Source: Malacoraja senta
Lineage: Eukaryota
Direction of reading: 5' to 3'
NCBI GenBank assembly: GCA_038087875.1
Contig: CM075981.1
Location: forward strand, 69,316,001-69,380,000
Length of the DNA stretch: 64,000 nt
Numbering within the stretch: position 1 is the stretch's first letter; every line of letters begins with the position of its first letter. Under the pieces are notes generated by a model that was not told the DNA's origin, ran no database searches, and worked only from the letters and a program-made list of their open reading frames with translations. The translations under genes were made by a program, and so were the position numbers. Of the stretch, positions 25,411 to 36,765 are shown piece after piece.

Positions 25411-26857
25411 ATCTGTGTGTCTACTGTATGTATCAATTCTGAGCAGACTTGTGCAGGCATAGCCTATTCCTACTACTCCTCTTCATAATCTTCTGCGGCA
25501 AAGGGTGATAGAATATCATGCATAGAGAAGTGGTTAAAAGACAAAAAATAACAGATAAGAAATAAGCATGTTATTAACAGGTTGACAAGGTATAACTGGA
25601 TCAGTGCTAACAACTCAGTAAACACCAACCCTTATGAACGAAGTAAATACGTTGTACGCCGTCTCTTTATGCAGGTTTGCTGAACATAGATAGAGTCACA
25701 GACTGTAGAAAGAGAACCATCAAGTAGAAAGATGCCAATCATCAAGTAGCTATTTTGAACTAACCCCATTTTATTTTCCCCACATTCTCCAGATGCTACC
25801 ACTCACCCACACACTAGGGGTAATTTTACAATGGCCAACAAACTTCATATCCCACACATCTTTGGGATGTTGTAGAAAATTAGAGCACCCCAATCAAATA
25901 CACTCACTCACATACTTTAATTAACAACAGATTTTCACACCCTTTATGTTCGTCTGTAAATGTTAATTAAATTGGCATAATGTATCACTTCAATTTAATG
26001 AAATCGGCTATTTAAAAAATAGAAACAATCAAAACCTCATGAGTTTTCAGCACTGCCCGCACAATAGAACTACATCCAAACCAGTTGCACTTTGTATGTC
26101 TATATGCGTTTTCAACTTAACTTGAGCAACATCAAGAGTATAGAAGCAATGCATGACTGCATATAATTGAAGTCCTATGGGGTTATTTTTGCTGAACAAA
26201 TTCTATTCCTGGAAATTCAGATGGCAGAAATGTGGAATGATTTTGTTCAGACAACTATTATGATTTCATGCTTTCAACTTAGTTTACCTTATTAGATTGT
26301 GCTGATTTAGCTAAAGGTTATATTCTCAAAGTAAGGGATAGTCGATATAACATAAAAATTAGGAGAAATTTCTTCACACAGTGCGTGGTGACATTTTGTA
26401 ATTCTCGACCCAAGAAGGCTGTAGAAGCTTGTACTTAACACTTAAGTTAATACTTGTGTTCAGAACAAAGTGATATATTTATGAATATTCAAGGAACCAA
26501 AGAATATAGTAGGAAAATGCTGTGATGGGTCAACAAAGCTCTTGTGGAATTACCTTACAGCCTTTACTTCTGTACTTACTTCTTTGTTAAGCCTATGTGA
26601 TGAAAGTTACATGGGATACTTTGCGAACAAAGTTTGAATCTTTTGCCTATTGCAGAAGTTTGTGATATGAAAACATTCGCAGATTGACCAGACTACAAAA
26701 ATTGAGATTTGGTGGGGGAGGAGCAAAAAAAAAAACACTTGCCTAAAAATAGAAGTTCTCTGACAAACTGGGAAGGCAAATTGACAAAGTAAATACAGTA
26801 CAGTGATAGTTCAATTAAAGTGACAAATATATAAGCATACCTAAAAATTGGAAATAG

Positions 26858-27643
26858 TTCAAGTTCATTTATTGTCACATACACCAATTGGTGCAGTGAA
26901 ATTTGAGTTACCATGCAGCGACATAAATTACATAAACACAACACTATAGAATTTAGGCAACGTTTCCCACTGTGAGGGAAGGCAACAAAGTTCAGTCATC
27001 TTCCTCTTGTTCACCCGTGGTCGGGACCTATTGAGGCCTCCACAGTCGCCGCAATGACGGTGTTTCAGGCCCTCTCGCCGGCGTCGGGAGAACACTCTCA
27101 GCGGCCTGGAGTTCCGAATTGGCTGCTTCCTACCGGAGACCGCGGCTTCCGAAGTCCACAGGCCGAGCTGGGCAGAGCTCCAACGCTGGCGATCCTCGGT
27201 GAAAGATCCCAGGCCTCCGCGATGTTAAAGTCAGCTCCGCCCGCGGCTGAAAGCTCCGCAAACCACAACTCCACGGTGTTAAAGTCGGCAGACCCTCCGG
27301 AGCTCCAACACGGCGATCCCCGGTAAGGCATCGCCCGCTCCGCGATGGTAATTCAGTGCTGCACCACTGCTGAAGCTCTGGCCGGTAGGAAAGGCCGCGC
27401 CAATCCAGATGGTAGGCCGCGAGGGGGGGGAGGGGCGAAGATGTGGCTCGGAGAATAGACGCATCCTCGAACAGGAAGTGACTGAGAAGACGGTTTCCCC
27501 CTTCCCCCCCCATCCCCCACATAAAAAAGACTAAAAGACCTCCAAAAACAAACTTTTAGACAGACTAAAAATAACAAAAACGATGAAAGAACGGACAGCT
27601 GCTGGCGAGGCTGCCACACTCGATGGCGCCACCACTCGGAGGC
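26858..27643 (-). mobile_element. Apparently full-length GC-rich non-coding retroelement
   Basis: GAAATAG direct repeat at 26851-26857 and 27644-27650; TGACAATAAA plus (TGAACT)n-like tail; homologous to 36375-36765. Confidence 0.75.
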
Positions 27644-28554
27644 GAAATAGAGAAGAAATACGAGGTTTCTTAGAAGACAGCTGAGGTAAAATGCCTCTAA
27701 TTTCTACACTATCTGAAAACTACCGAAAATGAGTCTCCAAATGATCACACTAACAGTTAGGGTTTATGCATTATGTACAGAGAATTAAGAAAATTGTTTG
27801 TTTCCTGGATTATATGCATCAACCCACAGCCACACAGAGAGAGCTCACTTACAAGTGGGACTAGTGTAGATGGGACATGTAGGCCGGTGTGGGCAAGTTG
27901 GGCAGAAGGATCTGTTTCCACACTGTATGACTCTCTGACTCCAATAGTAAATGTGTGGCCTTCCGAGAGGCCAGGAATAGAAACATAGAAACATAGAAAA
28001 TAGGTACAGGAGGAGGCCATTCGGCCCTTCGAGCCAGAACCGCCATTCATGGTGATCATGGCTGATTGTCCCCAATCAATAACCCGTACCTGCCTTCTCC
28101 CCATATCCCTTGTAACCATTAAGTCCAGGAATCTTCAGTGTGTGTGCCACTCACTAATAGTTCCTTCATCGCTGAGTCTAAAGCATGTAATCCTGTCCAA
28201 TAGTATCATAGTGGTGCCTTCACTAGAAGGCCCACAGCAGCTCAAGAAAGTATCTCTACTGATAACTCTACTGAATGGCAATGATGAATGGCAAATAAAC
28301 ACTGGCTCTGTCAGCAATGCCCAAATCCTGAAAAGTGAATTAATAAAAAAACTATCAGAGACTGATGCAAGCCTGAAGGATTTCGATCTGTAACGTGGCT
28401 TCATGGGATAAGGAAGAGGAACAAAGGTTTGAAATGCAGTAGTTGTAGGAATCCTAAAAGTAGGGTGTCAGATCCATGTTTAAATCAATGCACAACTTGA
28501 GACACTGTGCAGAATAGAGGGTCCTCGATGGAATGGGAGCTCTGTTCTGGTTTA

Positions 28555-28925
28555 GCAGGCTGCACTACAGCAGCACCAGAGTCAACACTTGGGGCAGTTG
28601 GTTGATCTTGTCCTTGGATGCTGTCAGTGTGAAGTTTGCACGTTTTCCCTGTAAGTGCATAGGTTTCCTCCGGGTAATCCGGTTTCCTCCCATATCCCAA
28701 AGCGAGGATCCAAGGAAGAACTCTTTTTCTTTAACCAAGTGTGGTTGTGATCTGGAACACACTGCCTGAAGTGGTGGAGGAGGCAGATGCTGTCGCTGCA
28801 TTTAATAACACTTGCTTTGTCAAGGCATTAAAAGCTATGGATTAAAAGTGGGATTAGTGCAGATGGGCAATTGATTGTTGGCATAGACATGGTTGGCAAT
28901 TCGGCCTGTTTCTGTATTATATGAC
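28555..28925 (+). mobile_element. Degenerate V-SINE plus LINE 3' fragment
   Basis: GTGAAGTTTGCACGTTTTCCCTGT..GGTTTCCTCCGGGT..CCGGTTTCCTCC V-domain, followed by a CR1/L2-like 3' end. Confidence 0.6.
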
Positions 28926-28964
28926 GAGGAAATGTAGTAAAGACATTGACAATCAATTGTTTCA

Positions 28965-29706
28965 AGTAAAATGCACAGTGCTGGATAAACTCAACAGGTC
29001 ATGCAATCTCTGTGGAAATGGGCAGGTGACATTTTGGGACAGGACCATTCTTCAGACTGATAGTGTAGCGGGATGAAAGATAGAAAAAGAGGCAAGACAA
29101 TGCCTGGCAAGTGATAGGTGGATACACCTCTTCTCGCCCTACCTCTTGCAAGGACATCATCCCTTACTCTCAATTTCTCTGTCCCCGTCGCATCTGCTCC
29201 AAAATGAGACTTTCCAATATGTCCTCTTACTTCAGTAAACATGGTTTCCCCCACTGTTGTGGATAACAAAAGGATATATGGATACGAACAGTGGAACAGA
29301 CACTTCGACTAGGGTGGAGGAGGGGCGGAGAGGGAGGATATGCAAAGGGTATTTGAAATTAGAGAAATCAATATTCATACTGCTGGGTATTCAAGCAACC
29401 CAGTGGTATGAATATTGGTTTCTAATTTCAAGCAACCCTGCAGTATGAATATTGATTCACCTCTTCCACAGCCAACAATGGACCAGTGTGGGCTCCACCT
29501 TTCCTTAGTCATCGGTGCCAGCTCTGATTTGTTTTGAACCTTTTCATACCTCTAGTTGCCCTCTCCCCTGACTCAGTCTGAAGAAGTGTTTCGACCCAAA
29601 ACGTCACCTATTCCTTTTCTCCATAGATGCTGCCTGACCCACTGAGTTACTGCAGCATTTTGTGTCCAACTTTGGTGTAAACCAGCATCTGCAGTTCCTT
29701 CCTACA
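28965..29706. mobile_element. Rearranged Penelope-like element with inverted termini
   Basis: Minus-strand terminus 28965-29120; plus-strand SCKDIIPYSQFLCPRRICS (PLE IPYSQFLRLRRICS-type linker) at ~29144-29200; inversion junction ~29360-29455; plus-strand terminus to 29706. Confidence 0.75.
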
Positions 29707-30674
29707 TCAGACATCATTGGATCTAGTCTTGAGAAGCACAGTCAGCCAATTGTCAATGGAGGAACATTCGGGGTAAAACTAACTTCGATGGGACAAGAGA
29801 CCTGACTGCAAAGAGCAAACCATGGATTAGAAGGTTTTCTTTTCAGAACAAGGGAAGACCGTTTAAGAATAGATGTTTGAGGTACAGCGTCAATTGTGGT
29901 AATCATGAGAAAATTAGTCAGGGTGAAATGGAAATTATAATGTAATAGTCATAGCCCACACAAACTGTTATGATGAAACATCATTGATTTGAAACATTAT
30001 TCTTTTTCGATGGATGCTGATGAGCCCACAGAGTGTTGGTAGCATTTTTCTCTTTTTATTCCAAAATCAGTAGCAACATACTTAAAACTGTATATTCAGG
30101 ATCACTGTAAACCCATTTAACCACATGGGGTGCAGAGAACAGGAGGCTCTGACAGAGGAGTGTGGGGGTCTGGAGACGGTGACAGTACACCATGGGCGCA
30201 GGAGGAATGTAGGGGGGGGGGGGATTGTGGAAAAATGTGGGGATATAGGTTTGGTGGGTGGTGCAGTCTGGGCGAATGTGCAGTCTGGGGTTTCGATGGG
30301 TGCATTTGGGGGTTTGGTGCAGTCTAAGGGCTGTTCTGGAAGGTTGTGATTAGTGCATTTGGGGAGTTTTGATGGGTTATGGGGGGTGCATTTGTGGGTT
30401 CGGTGGGGGGGGGGCTGTGGGGATGTGCAGGCTGGAAGGTTGTGAAAGATGCATTTGGATAGTTGGGCATTTTGGGTGCAGTGTGAGTGGGAGGATTGTG
30501 AAGAAGTGTGGGGAGGGTGGAGGACTATGGGGATGATGCGACCTGGTGTAGTGCAGTCCGGGGTGGAGTTGGTGCAACCTGAAGTGTGGGTGGTGTCATC
30601 AGAAGTGTGGGGGGGTCACCCTCGCCTGGCTCCCATTCTCTCATTCACCCTCCCTCCACCATCATTTCACTCAC

Positions 30675-30874
30675 AGTAAATGAACGCTATGGAGCGCAGC
30701 AGAACTATCCTGGTGAGCCAGAAGGTTCCCGGCTGCAGCCCGGCGCACTCGGGGCATGCCGTGACCCTGCCGCTGGCCGTCTTTGCCGGGTTGCAGCGCC
30801 CCATCTGCCCCATCAGCCGCCCCCGTGTCCCCAGCAACCCGCCGCACTCGCAGCCCCACCACGGGCGCCGCCAT
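30675..30874 (-). CDS. LMF1: Lipase maturation factor 1, coding exon 1 (contains an apparent 1-nt frameshift)
   Basis: ATG at 30874 in strong context (GCCAAG ATG G) gives MAAPVVGLRVRR, like the MAAP..LRRR N-terminus of vertebrate LMF1. A different frame gives GLQPGTFWLTRIVLLRSIAFIY (LMF1 GTFWLTRIVLL motif) ending at a phase-1 GTGAGT donor at 30674. In-frame ATGs for that frame are at 30813 and 30804. Confidence 0.9.
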
Positions 30875-30965
30875 CTTGGCCCCGCGCATGCGCGCTATGC
30901 CGCTGCCCCGGGACCTGCTCCGGGCTCCCACGTCTGTCGGGCAGCGAGTGAACGAACTCTCGTCA
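30700..30965 (-). promoter_or_regulatory. LMF1 CpG island with NRF1 and YY1 motifs
   Basis: Short GC/CpG-rich island. Palindromic GCGCATGCGC (NRF1 consensus) at 30884-30893. CAAGATGGCGGC (YY1 consensus) overlaps the start codon (30867-30878). Confidence 0.7.
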
Positions 30966-31116
30966 GGAAAATGCACCAACATTTTTCATTATTAACCCCG
31001 CAATCATTGCACACAGAATGACAATGTTGGAGATTGCACAAGACTGGAGAGCAGAATTGTGTTAAGTTTGCACAATTTTCTAAAATGCATAAAGTGCAGG
31101 AGTAACTCAAAAGCTC

Positions 31117-31530
31117 TGAAGGGTCAAAACTCAAAAGGGTCTGAAGAAGGGTTTCGGCCCGAAACGTTGCCTATTTCCTTCGCTCCATAGATGCTGCTGC
31201 ACCCGCTGAGTTTCTCCAGCTTTTTTGTGTACACTCAAAAGCTCATGATCTGCACAAAAATGCTGGAATAACTCAACTGCTCAGGCAGCATCTCTTCATT
31301 TTCTCCAGAGATGCTGCAGGACCAGCGGAGTTACTCCAGCATGTTGTGTCTTTTTCATGTGTAAACTAGCATCTGCGGTTCCTTCCAATATGTAACTTTG
31401 CAGAACATGGATAGGCGACTTTTCGCAGAGTGAAGGGTCCCGACCTGAAACCTCGCCTACCTATGTTCTCCAAGGATGCTGCCTGACCCACTGAATTACT
31501 CCAGTTCCTCTGAAGTTCCTTGTGTCAGCA
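31117..31530. mobile_element. Cluster of Penelope-derived termini upstream of LMF1; intact hammerhead core at 31141-31168 (+)
   Basis: CTGAAGAAGGGTTTCGGCCCGAAACGTT; ACTCAAAAGCTC repeat at 31105-31116 and 31233-31244. Confidence 0.75.
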
Positions 31531-31543
31531 TCCGAAAAACATA

Positions 31544-33095
31544 CAGTGCCCTCCATAATATTTGGGACAAAGACCCATCATTTATTTACTTGCCTCTCCA
31601 CATTTGAGATTTGTAATAGAAAAGAATCACATGTGGTTAAAGTGCACATTGTCAGATTTTAATAAAGGCTATTTGTATACATTTTGGTTTCACCATGTAG
31701 AAATCACAGCAGTGTTTATACATAGTCCCCCCCATTTCAGGCTACCATAATGATTGGGACACAGCAATGTCATGTAAATGAAAGGTCATGTTTAGTATTT
31801 TGTTGCATGAAATGACTGCTTGAAGTCTGCGATTCATGGACATCACCAGTTTGCTGGGTGTCTTCTCTGGTGATGCTCTGCAGGCCTGCATTGCAGCCAT
31901 CTTTAGCTTATGCTTGTTTTGGGGGCTAGCCCCCTTCAGTTTTCTCTTCAGCGTATAAAAGGCATACTCAAATGGGTTCAGATCAGGTGATTGACTTGGC
32001 CATTCAAGAATTGACTATTTTATAGCTTTGAAAAACTCCTTTGTTGCTTTAGCAGTATGTTTGGATCATTGTCTTGCTGTAGAATGAACCGGCAGCCAAT
32101 AAGTTTAGAGGCATTTTGTTTGAATTTGAGCAGATAGGATGTGTCTGTACACTTCAGAATTAATTATGCTACTACCATCAGCAGTTGTATCATCATGAAG
32201 ATAAGTGAGCCAGTACCTCAGCAGTCATACTTGCCAGGCCATAACACCCCCACCAACCATGTTTCACAGATGAGGTGCTATGATTTGGATCTTGGGCAGT
32301 TCCTTCTCTCCTCCATACTTTGCTCTTGCCAAACACTCTGATATAAGTTCATCTTCGTCTCATCTGTCCACAAGCCCTTTTTACAGAACTGTGGTTGCTC
32401 TTTTAAGTACTTCTTGGCAAACTGTAACCTGGCCATGCTATTTTTGCTGCTAACCAGTGGTTTGCATCTTGCAGTGTAGCCTCTGTATTTCTGTTCATGA
32501 AGTCTTCTGCGGACAGTGGTCATTGACAAATCCACACCTGACTCCTGAAGAGTGATTCTGATCTGCCAGACAGGTGTTTGGGGATTTTTCTTTATTATTG
32601 AAAGAATTCTTCTGTCATCAGCTGTGGTGGTCTTCCTTGGCTGATGTCTCTGTCTGTTTTATTCTTGTTTCTCAGTCTCATAATGGCTTATTTGACTTTC
32701 ATTGGCACAACTTTGGTCCTCATGTTGATAAACAGCAATAAAAGTTTCCAAAGGTGATGGAAAGGCCAGAGGAAAGACTAGGGCTGAGAGATCTCTTATA
32801 CATGCATTAAGGAGGCATTTAAACACACCTGATGCAATTACAAACACCTGTGATGCCATGTGTACCAAACATTATGGTGCCCTGAAATTGGGGGGGGGGT
32901 TGGGGGGCTATGTATAAACACTGCTGTAATTTCTACATGGTGAAACCAAAATGTGTAAAAATACCCTTTAATAAATCTGACAGTGTGCACTTTAGCCGCA
33001 TGTGATTTTTTTTCTATTTCAAATTTCAAATTGTGGAATACAGAGACAAACAAATAAATTACGGGTTTTTGTCCCAAACATTATGGAGGGCACTG
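31544..33095 (-). mobile_element. Tc1-family DNA transposon (DD34E), defective, with IR/DR-type long TIRs
   Basis: TA at 31542-43 and 33096-97; termini CAGTGCCCTCCATAAT / ATTATGGAGGGCACTG; ~220-bp TIRs; minus-strand WTDETK (32353-70), QQDND (32066-80) and WPSQSPDLNPFE (31967-32002); 101 nt between second D and E equals 34 codons minus a 1-nt deletion. Confidence 0.95.
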
Positions 33096-35571
33096 TAGTT
33101 CCCCAGGATCTCTTCATGCCACCAGTTCCACATTCATTGATCATTCTCCATAATTTCCACCACCTTTTAATAGACTTCGCTACCAGGCACACTTCTTCTC
33201 TCCTTTCCACTTTCTGAAAATTGGTTCCCTTAACCTAAGATCATTTTTCTCATGTCAGCCCCAGTCTAAACAGAGGGCAGATGATTTATTCAGTATTTAT
33301 CATTGATGTTATGTCTTTAAAACATATTTAGGCAGACCACACCCCTTGCCAATTGTTGATGGTTTCCTATGCAATCTATTTACTGAACCAACCCAATTTT
33401 AATGCATTTAATATAGGTATATAGCAACAAACAGCAATTGTTTTTGCCCGGTATATTTCTATATATCAAAGAAAACTAATTCTCAAATCTGTCCAGATGG
33501 GCAATAGAGAAGTATCTATCCCAATACAGGATAGATCCCAGCACAGGAATGCAACTTTCCAATAGTTAGTTCAGTCATTTGATTTCACACAACTTCAATG
33601 TATGTACACTCTACTGTGAAACTTATCTGGATGTTTTATTGGAAAGATGGATATTAACACCGAGCAGAAAGGGAGCAATTTGTCAAAATACAATGATTCT
33701 CCAAGTTCCATGTTATCCTGGTTTTGACTATTACTACTGTGTAATCGTAATAAAGTTAGCAAATACTCTATCCAATCCCATCATGTGAGTAATGGAAGAA
33801 AGGAACTGTAAGTGCTGGTTTACAAAGCACTTTGTACCATCATGTAAGCACCTTCTTTAAGGTCTCTGCAGGCCAATAAAACACAGGAAATACATTTTGA
33901 AAACTAAATGGTTAATAATTCAACATTTATTGGATTACAGGATTCAATGGAGATTATAGAGAATATTTCTGTTATCGTATTTAGTAACTCCTAGAATGAA
34001 AGAGATGGGCGATAATCAATTTAAATGACTTTATTAAGGGGATCACCATAATGAAACTGATACATTTGTATAATTTTGAGCAGTTTAGAAAGATATCATC
34101 TCTTAAAGAGAAAGCAATTGCACACAGTACTTTCAGAAAAACATCTGCATTAAAATAAAAACACTCCAAAATGCTGTAAAATTCAATAAAATATTAAGCA
34201 ACTTTTATTGAGATTCCACGTTCTAATCTTCTTTCCATCACATCCACCTCTCCACCCAGAACCAAAACAAATTTTTCAAACAGTACACCTCCATTTTGAT
34301 ATGATCTATGGAAAATGTAGACAAAATTTATTCTAATGCCATTGTTTTCAGATGCAAATTTAGTTTTGCCTTTCCCTAACGTTTTGTCCATGCGACTGAA
34401 AACATGTTTGTTCTGAATTCTAGTTACACACAGGACCCTGTCATTATGGGCACCACCGTCAGTGAAGATTTACAAAACTGGCCCTGAGCCAGCTTCTGTT
34501 TTGTAATAATAAAATATATATGTTACTGCAGAGCAGAGTGGATTATAAAATCTATTTGCTTTTCAAAGGAAAACCAACAGACAAAACACTTACTGTTAAA
34601 TTATTAACATAATGACCTATATTTTTTAAATACCCTGCATTCTAAATTTGTTCTGCCAAATCACCTGTTGCTGAAGTATCAAAATTATACCGATAATCTT
34701 TAGTATGCAAAAGTTTATTTCTTTCATTTCTCTTCCCCAAAGTGTAGCTTCAGTATAGAACTGGCTACCACATGCAGACCAGAAGAAAATTGCTTTTGCC
34801 TATTTAACTGCTGGCATCTTTAAAAGTAAATGTGTCACCAGACCAGGATGCTGAGAGGAAATAACGTCTGCTACAATTATTTTCCTTTTCTTTTTGGCTG
34901 CAAGCATGGTGTCAGAGAATTGCTAATGTTGTTTTAAAAGGGAGAATAGAACAGATTGAATAGATGCAGACCAGTCTGTATAAAATCAGTGAATGAGGAA
35001 TTAAATAATTATAATTTAGAAAGGCACTTAATAATGAGGAAAATTCAGCAAAGATCTGTTGAGGGAAGATTGTATTGGATAATTGTTTGATAAAGTTTTT
35101 TGAGGAAGTGCCAAGGTGGGTTCATGAGAGTACAACAGTTAATCGTGACTACATGGATTGCAACAAGGCTTTTGAAAAGTTTCCACACACAAAACAGTAC
35201 CAGCCCATGTGTTCAAGGGAACAGGGATCCAAAATTGGCTTATTGCCAAAGCAAAGGGTAATAATCAACAAGTGTTTTAGTGTCTGGTATACAGGTTTGT
35301 ATTGGGGGCTTTGAAGGACAGTTCTGGGTTCCTTGCTTCTTGTTGGATATTTCAGTGGATTGGGTTTTAATTGCGAGGCATTGTTAAGAAATTTGCTGAT
35401 GGTACCAGAATTAGCCAGACGCTTCAAAGTGAGGATGAAAGATACAGATTGCACAAATATGTCAATGGTTGAGTGGCTGAGCAGTAAAGCAACCAAGTTT
35501 CAAGCTGGAGAAATGTGAACAAATGATTTTAAAGATGATACGCAATAAGAGGGATGTACAAGACATGGTAA

Positions 35572-35890
35572 GGCAATAGACAATAGACAATAGACAATAG
35601 ACAATAGGTGCGGGAGTAGGCCATTTGGCCCTTCGAGCCAGCACCACCATTCAATGTGATCATGGCTGATCATCCACAAGCAGTTCCTGCCTTCTCCCCA
35701 TATCCCCTGACTCCGCTATTTTTAAGAGCCCTATCCAGCTCTCTCTTGAAAGCATCCTGAGAACCCACCTCCACTGCCCTCTGAGGCAGAGAATTCCACA
35801 GACTCACCACTCTCTTGTGAGAAAAAGTGTTTCCTCGTCTCCGTTCTAAATGGCGTACTCCTTATTCTTAAACTGTGGCCCCTGGTTCTG
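35572..35890 (-). mobile_element. CR1/HER1-like 3' end with (TATTGTC)n tail
   Basis: Reverse complement of 25100-25400-type sequence. Similar 3' fragments at 7611-7760(+), 27977-28110(-) and 57050-57285(+). Confidence 0.85.
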
Positions 35891-36374
35891 GAATAGAAGG
35901 CACAGAGAAGAATGGCTAAACAGACTACTGGCAGTGCAAACCCATAAATCCTTGAAGTTAGAAGGGAAGAGAGATGATACTGGCCTGTTTTTGATAAGAT
36001 ATAGAACATAAGAGCAGAGAGCTCATACTGGAACTGTAAAAAGCACTGGTTAGGCATTGGCTAGATTTCTATGTACATTTCTGGTCACTATGCTACAGTA
36101 ATTATGGGATAGCACTGGAGAACGTGCAGAGGAGAGTCATGGAAAATTTAGTTATGGGAACAGATTGGCCTGGCTAAGATTATCTTCTTTGGAATAGAGA
36201 AGGCCAAAGGGAGATTTAATCAGAATGTGTACATTTGTGAGACATCCAGGGAGAACAGATAAAAAGTTTGTTTTCCTGAGAAGAAAGGACAATATCTAGG
36301 CAACATAAAAATATTGAAGAAAGAATGGAACAGGAGTTGAGGTAAAGGTTTGAGACTGTTGGGATCTGGGACAA

Positions 36375-36765
36375 GTTCAATTTCAAATGTATTTGTCACA
36401 TGCACCATAAGGTGCAGTGAAATGTAATTTACAATGCAGCGTTACAATTAAACAAGGACACAATACACAACATAATTCAACACAGACATCCACCACAGCA
36501 TTCTTCACTGTGGTGGAAGGCAATACAGTTCAGACAGTCCTCCTCCTCCTCCCTTGTTCACCCATGGCCGGGGCCCTGACCCTCCGTAGTCGCTGCTATG
36601 GACGGACCGGTGTTCAATCCCTCTGGTCGGGATGGTCGGAAGGCCGACGTCGGGACAGGTCAAGCACACCCCCGCGGCCCGGAGCTCCCAAATCGGCCAC
36701 CTCCTTACCGGAGACCGCAGCTTCAAGACATTGTAGGCTGCAGGCCGGCGGTCGGAGCTCTTCTT
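36375..36765 (-). mobile_element. Truncated copy of the GC-rich retroelement family
   Basis: Shares GGTGCAGTGAAAT, GGAAGGCAA, TTGTTCACCC and TACCGGAGACCGC blocks with 26858-27643. Confidence 0.7.

Noticed and set aside
27590-27643. Possible HDV-like ribozyme at the 5' end of the GC-rich element (contains CCUCGC)
   Set aside because: I could not form P1/P2/P3 or find a J4/2 C-x-A segment.
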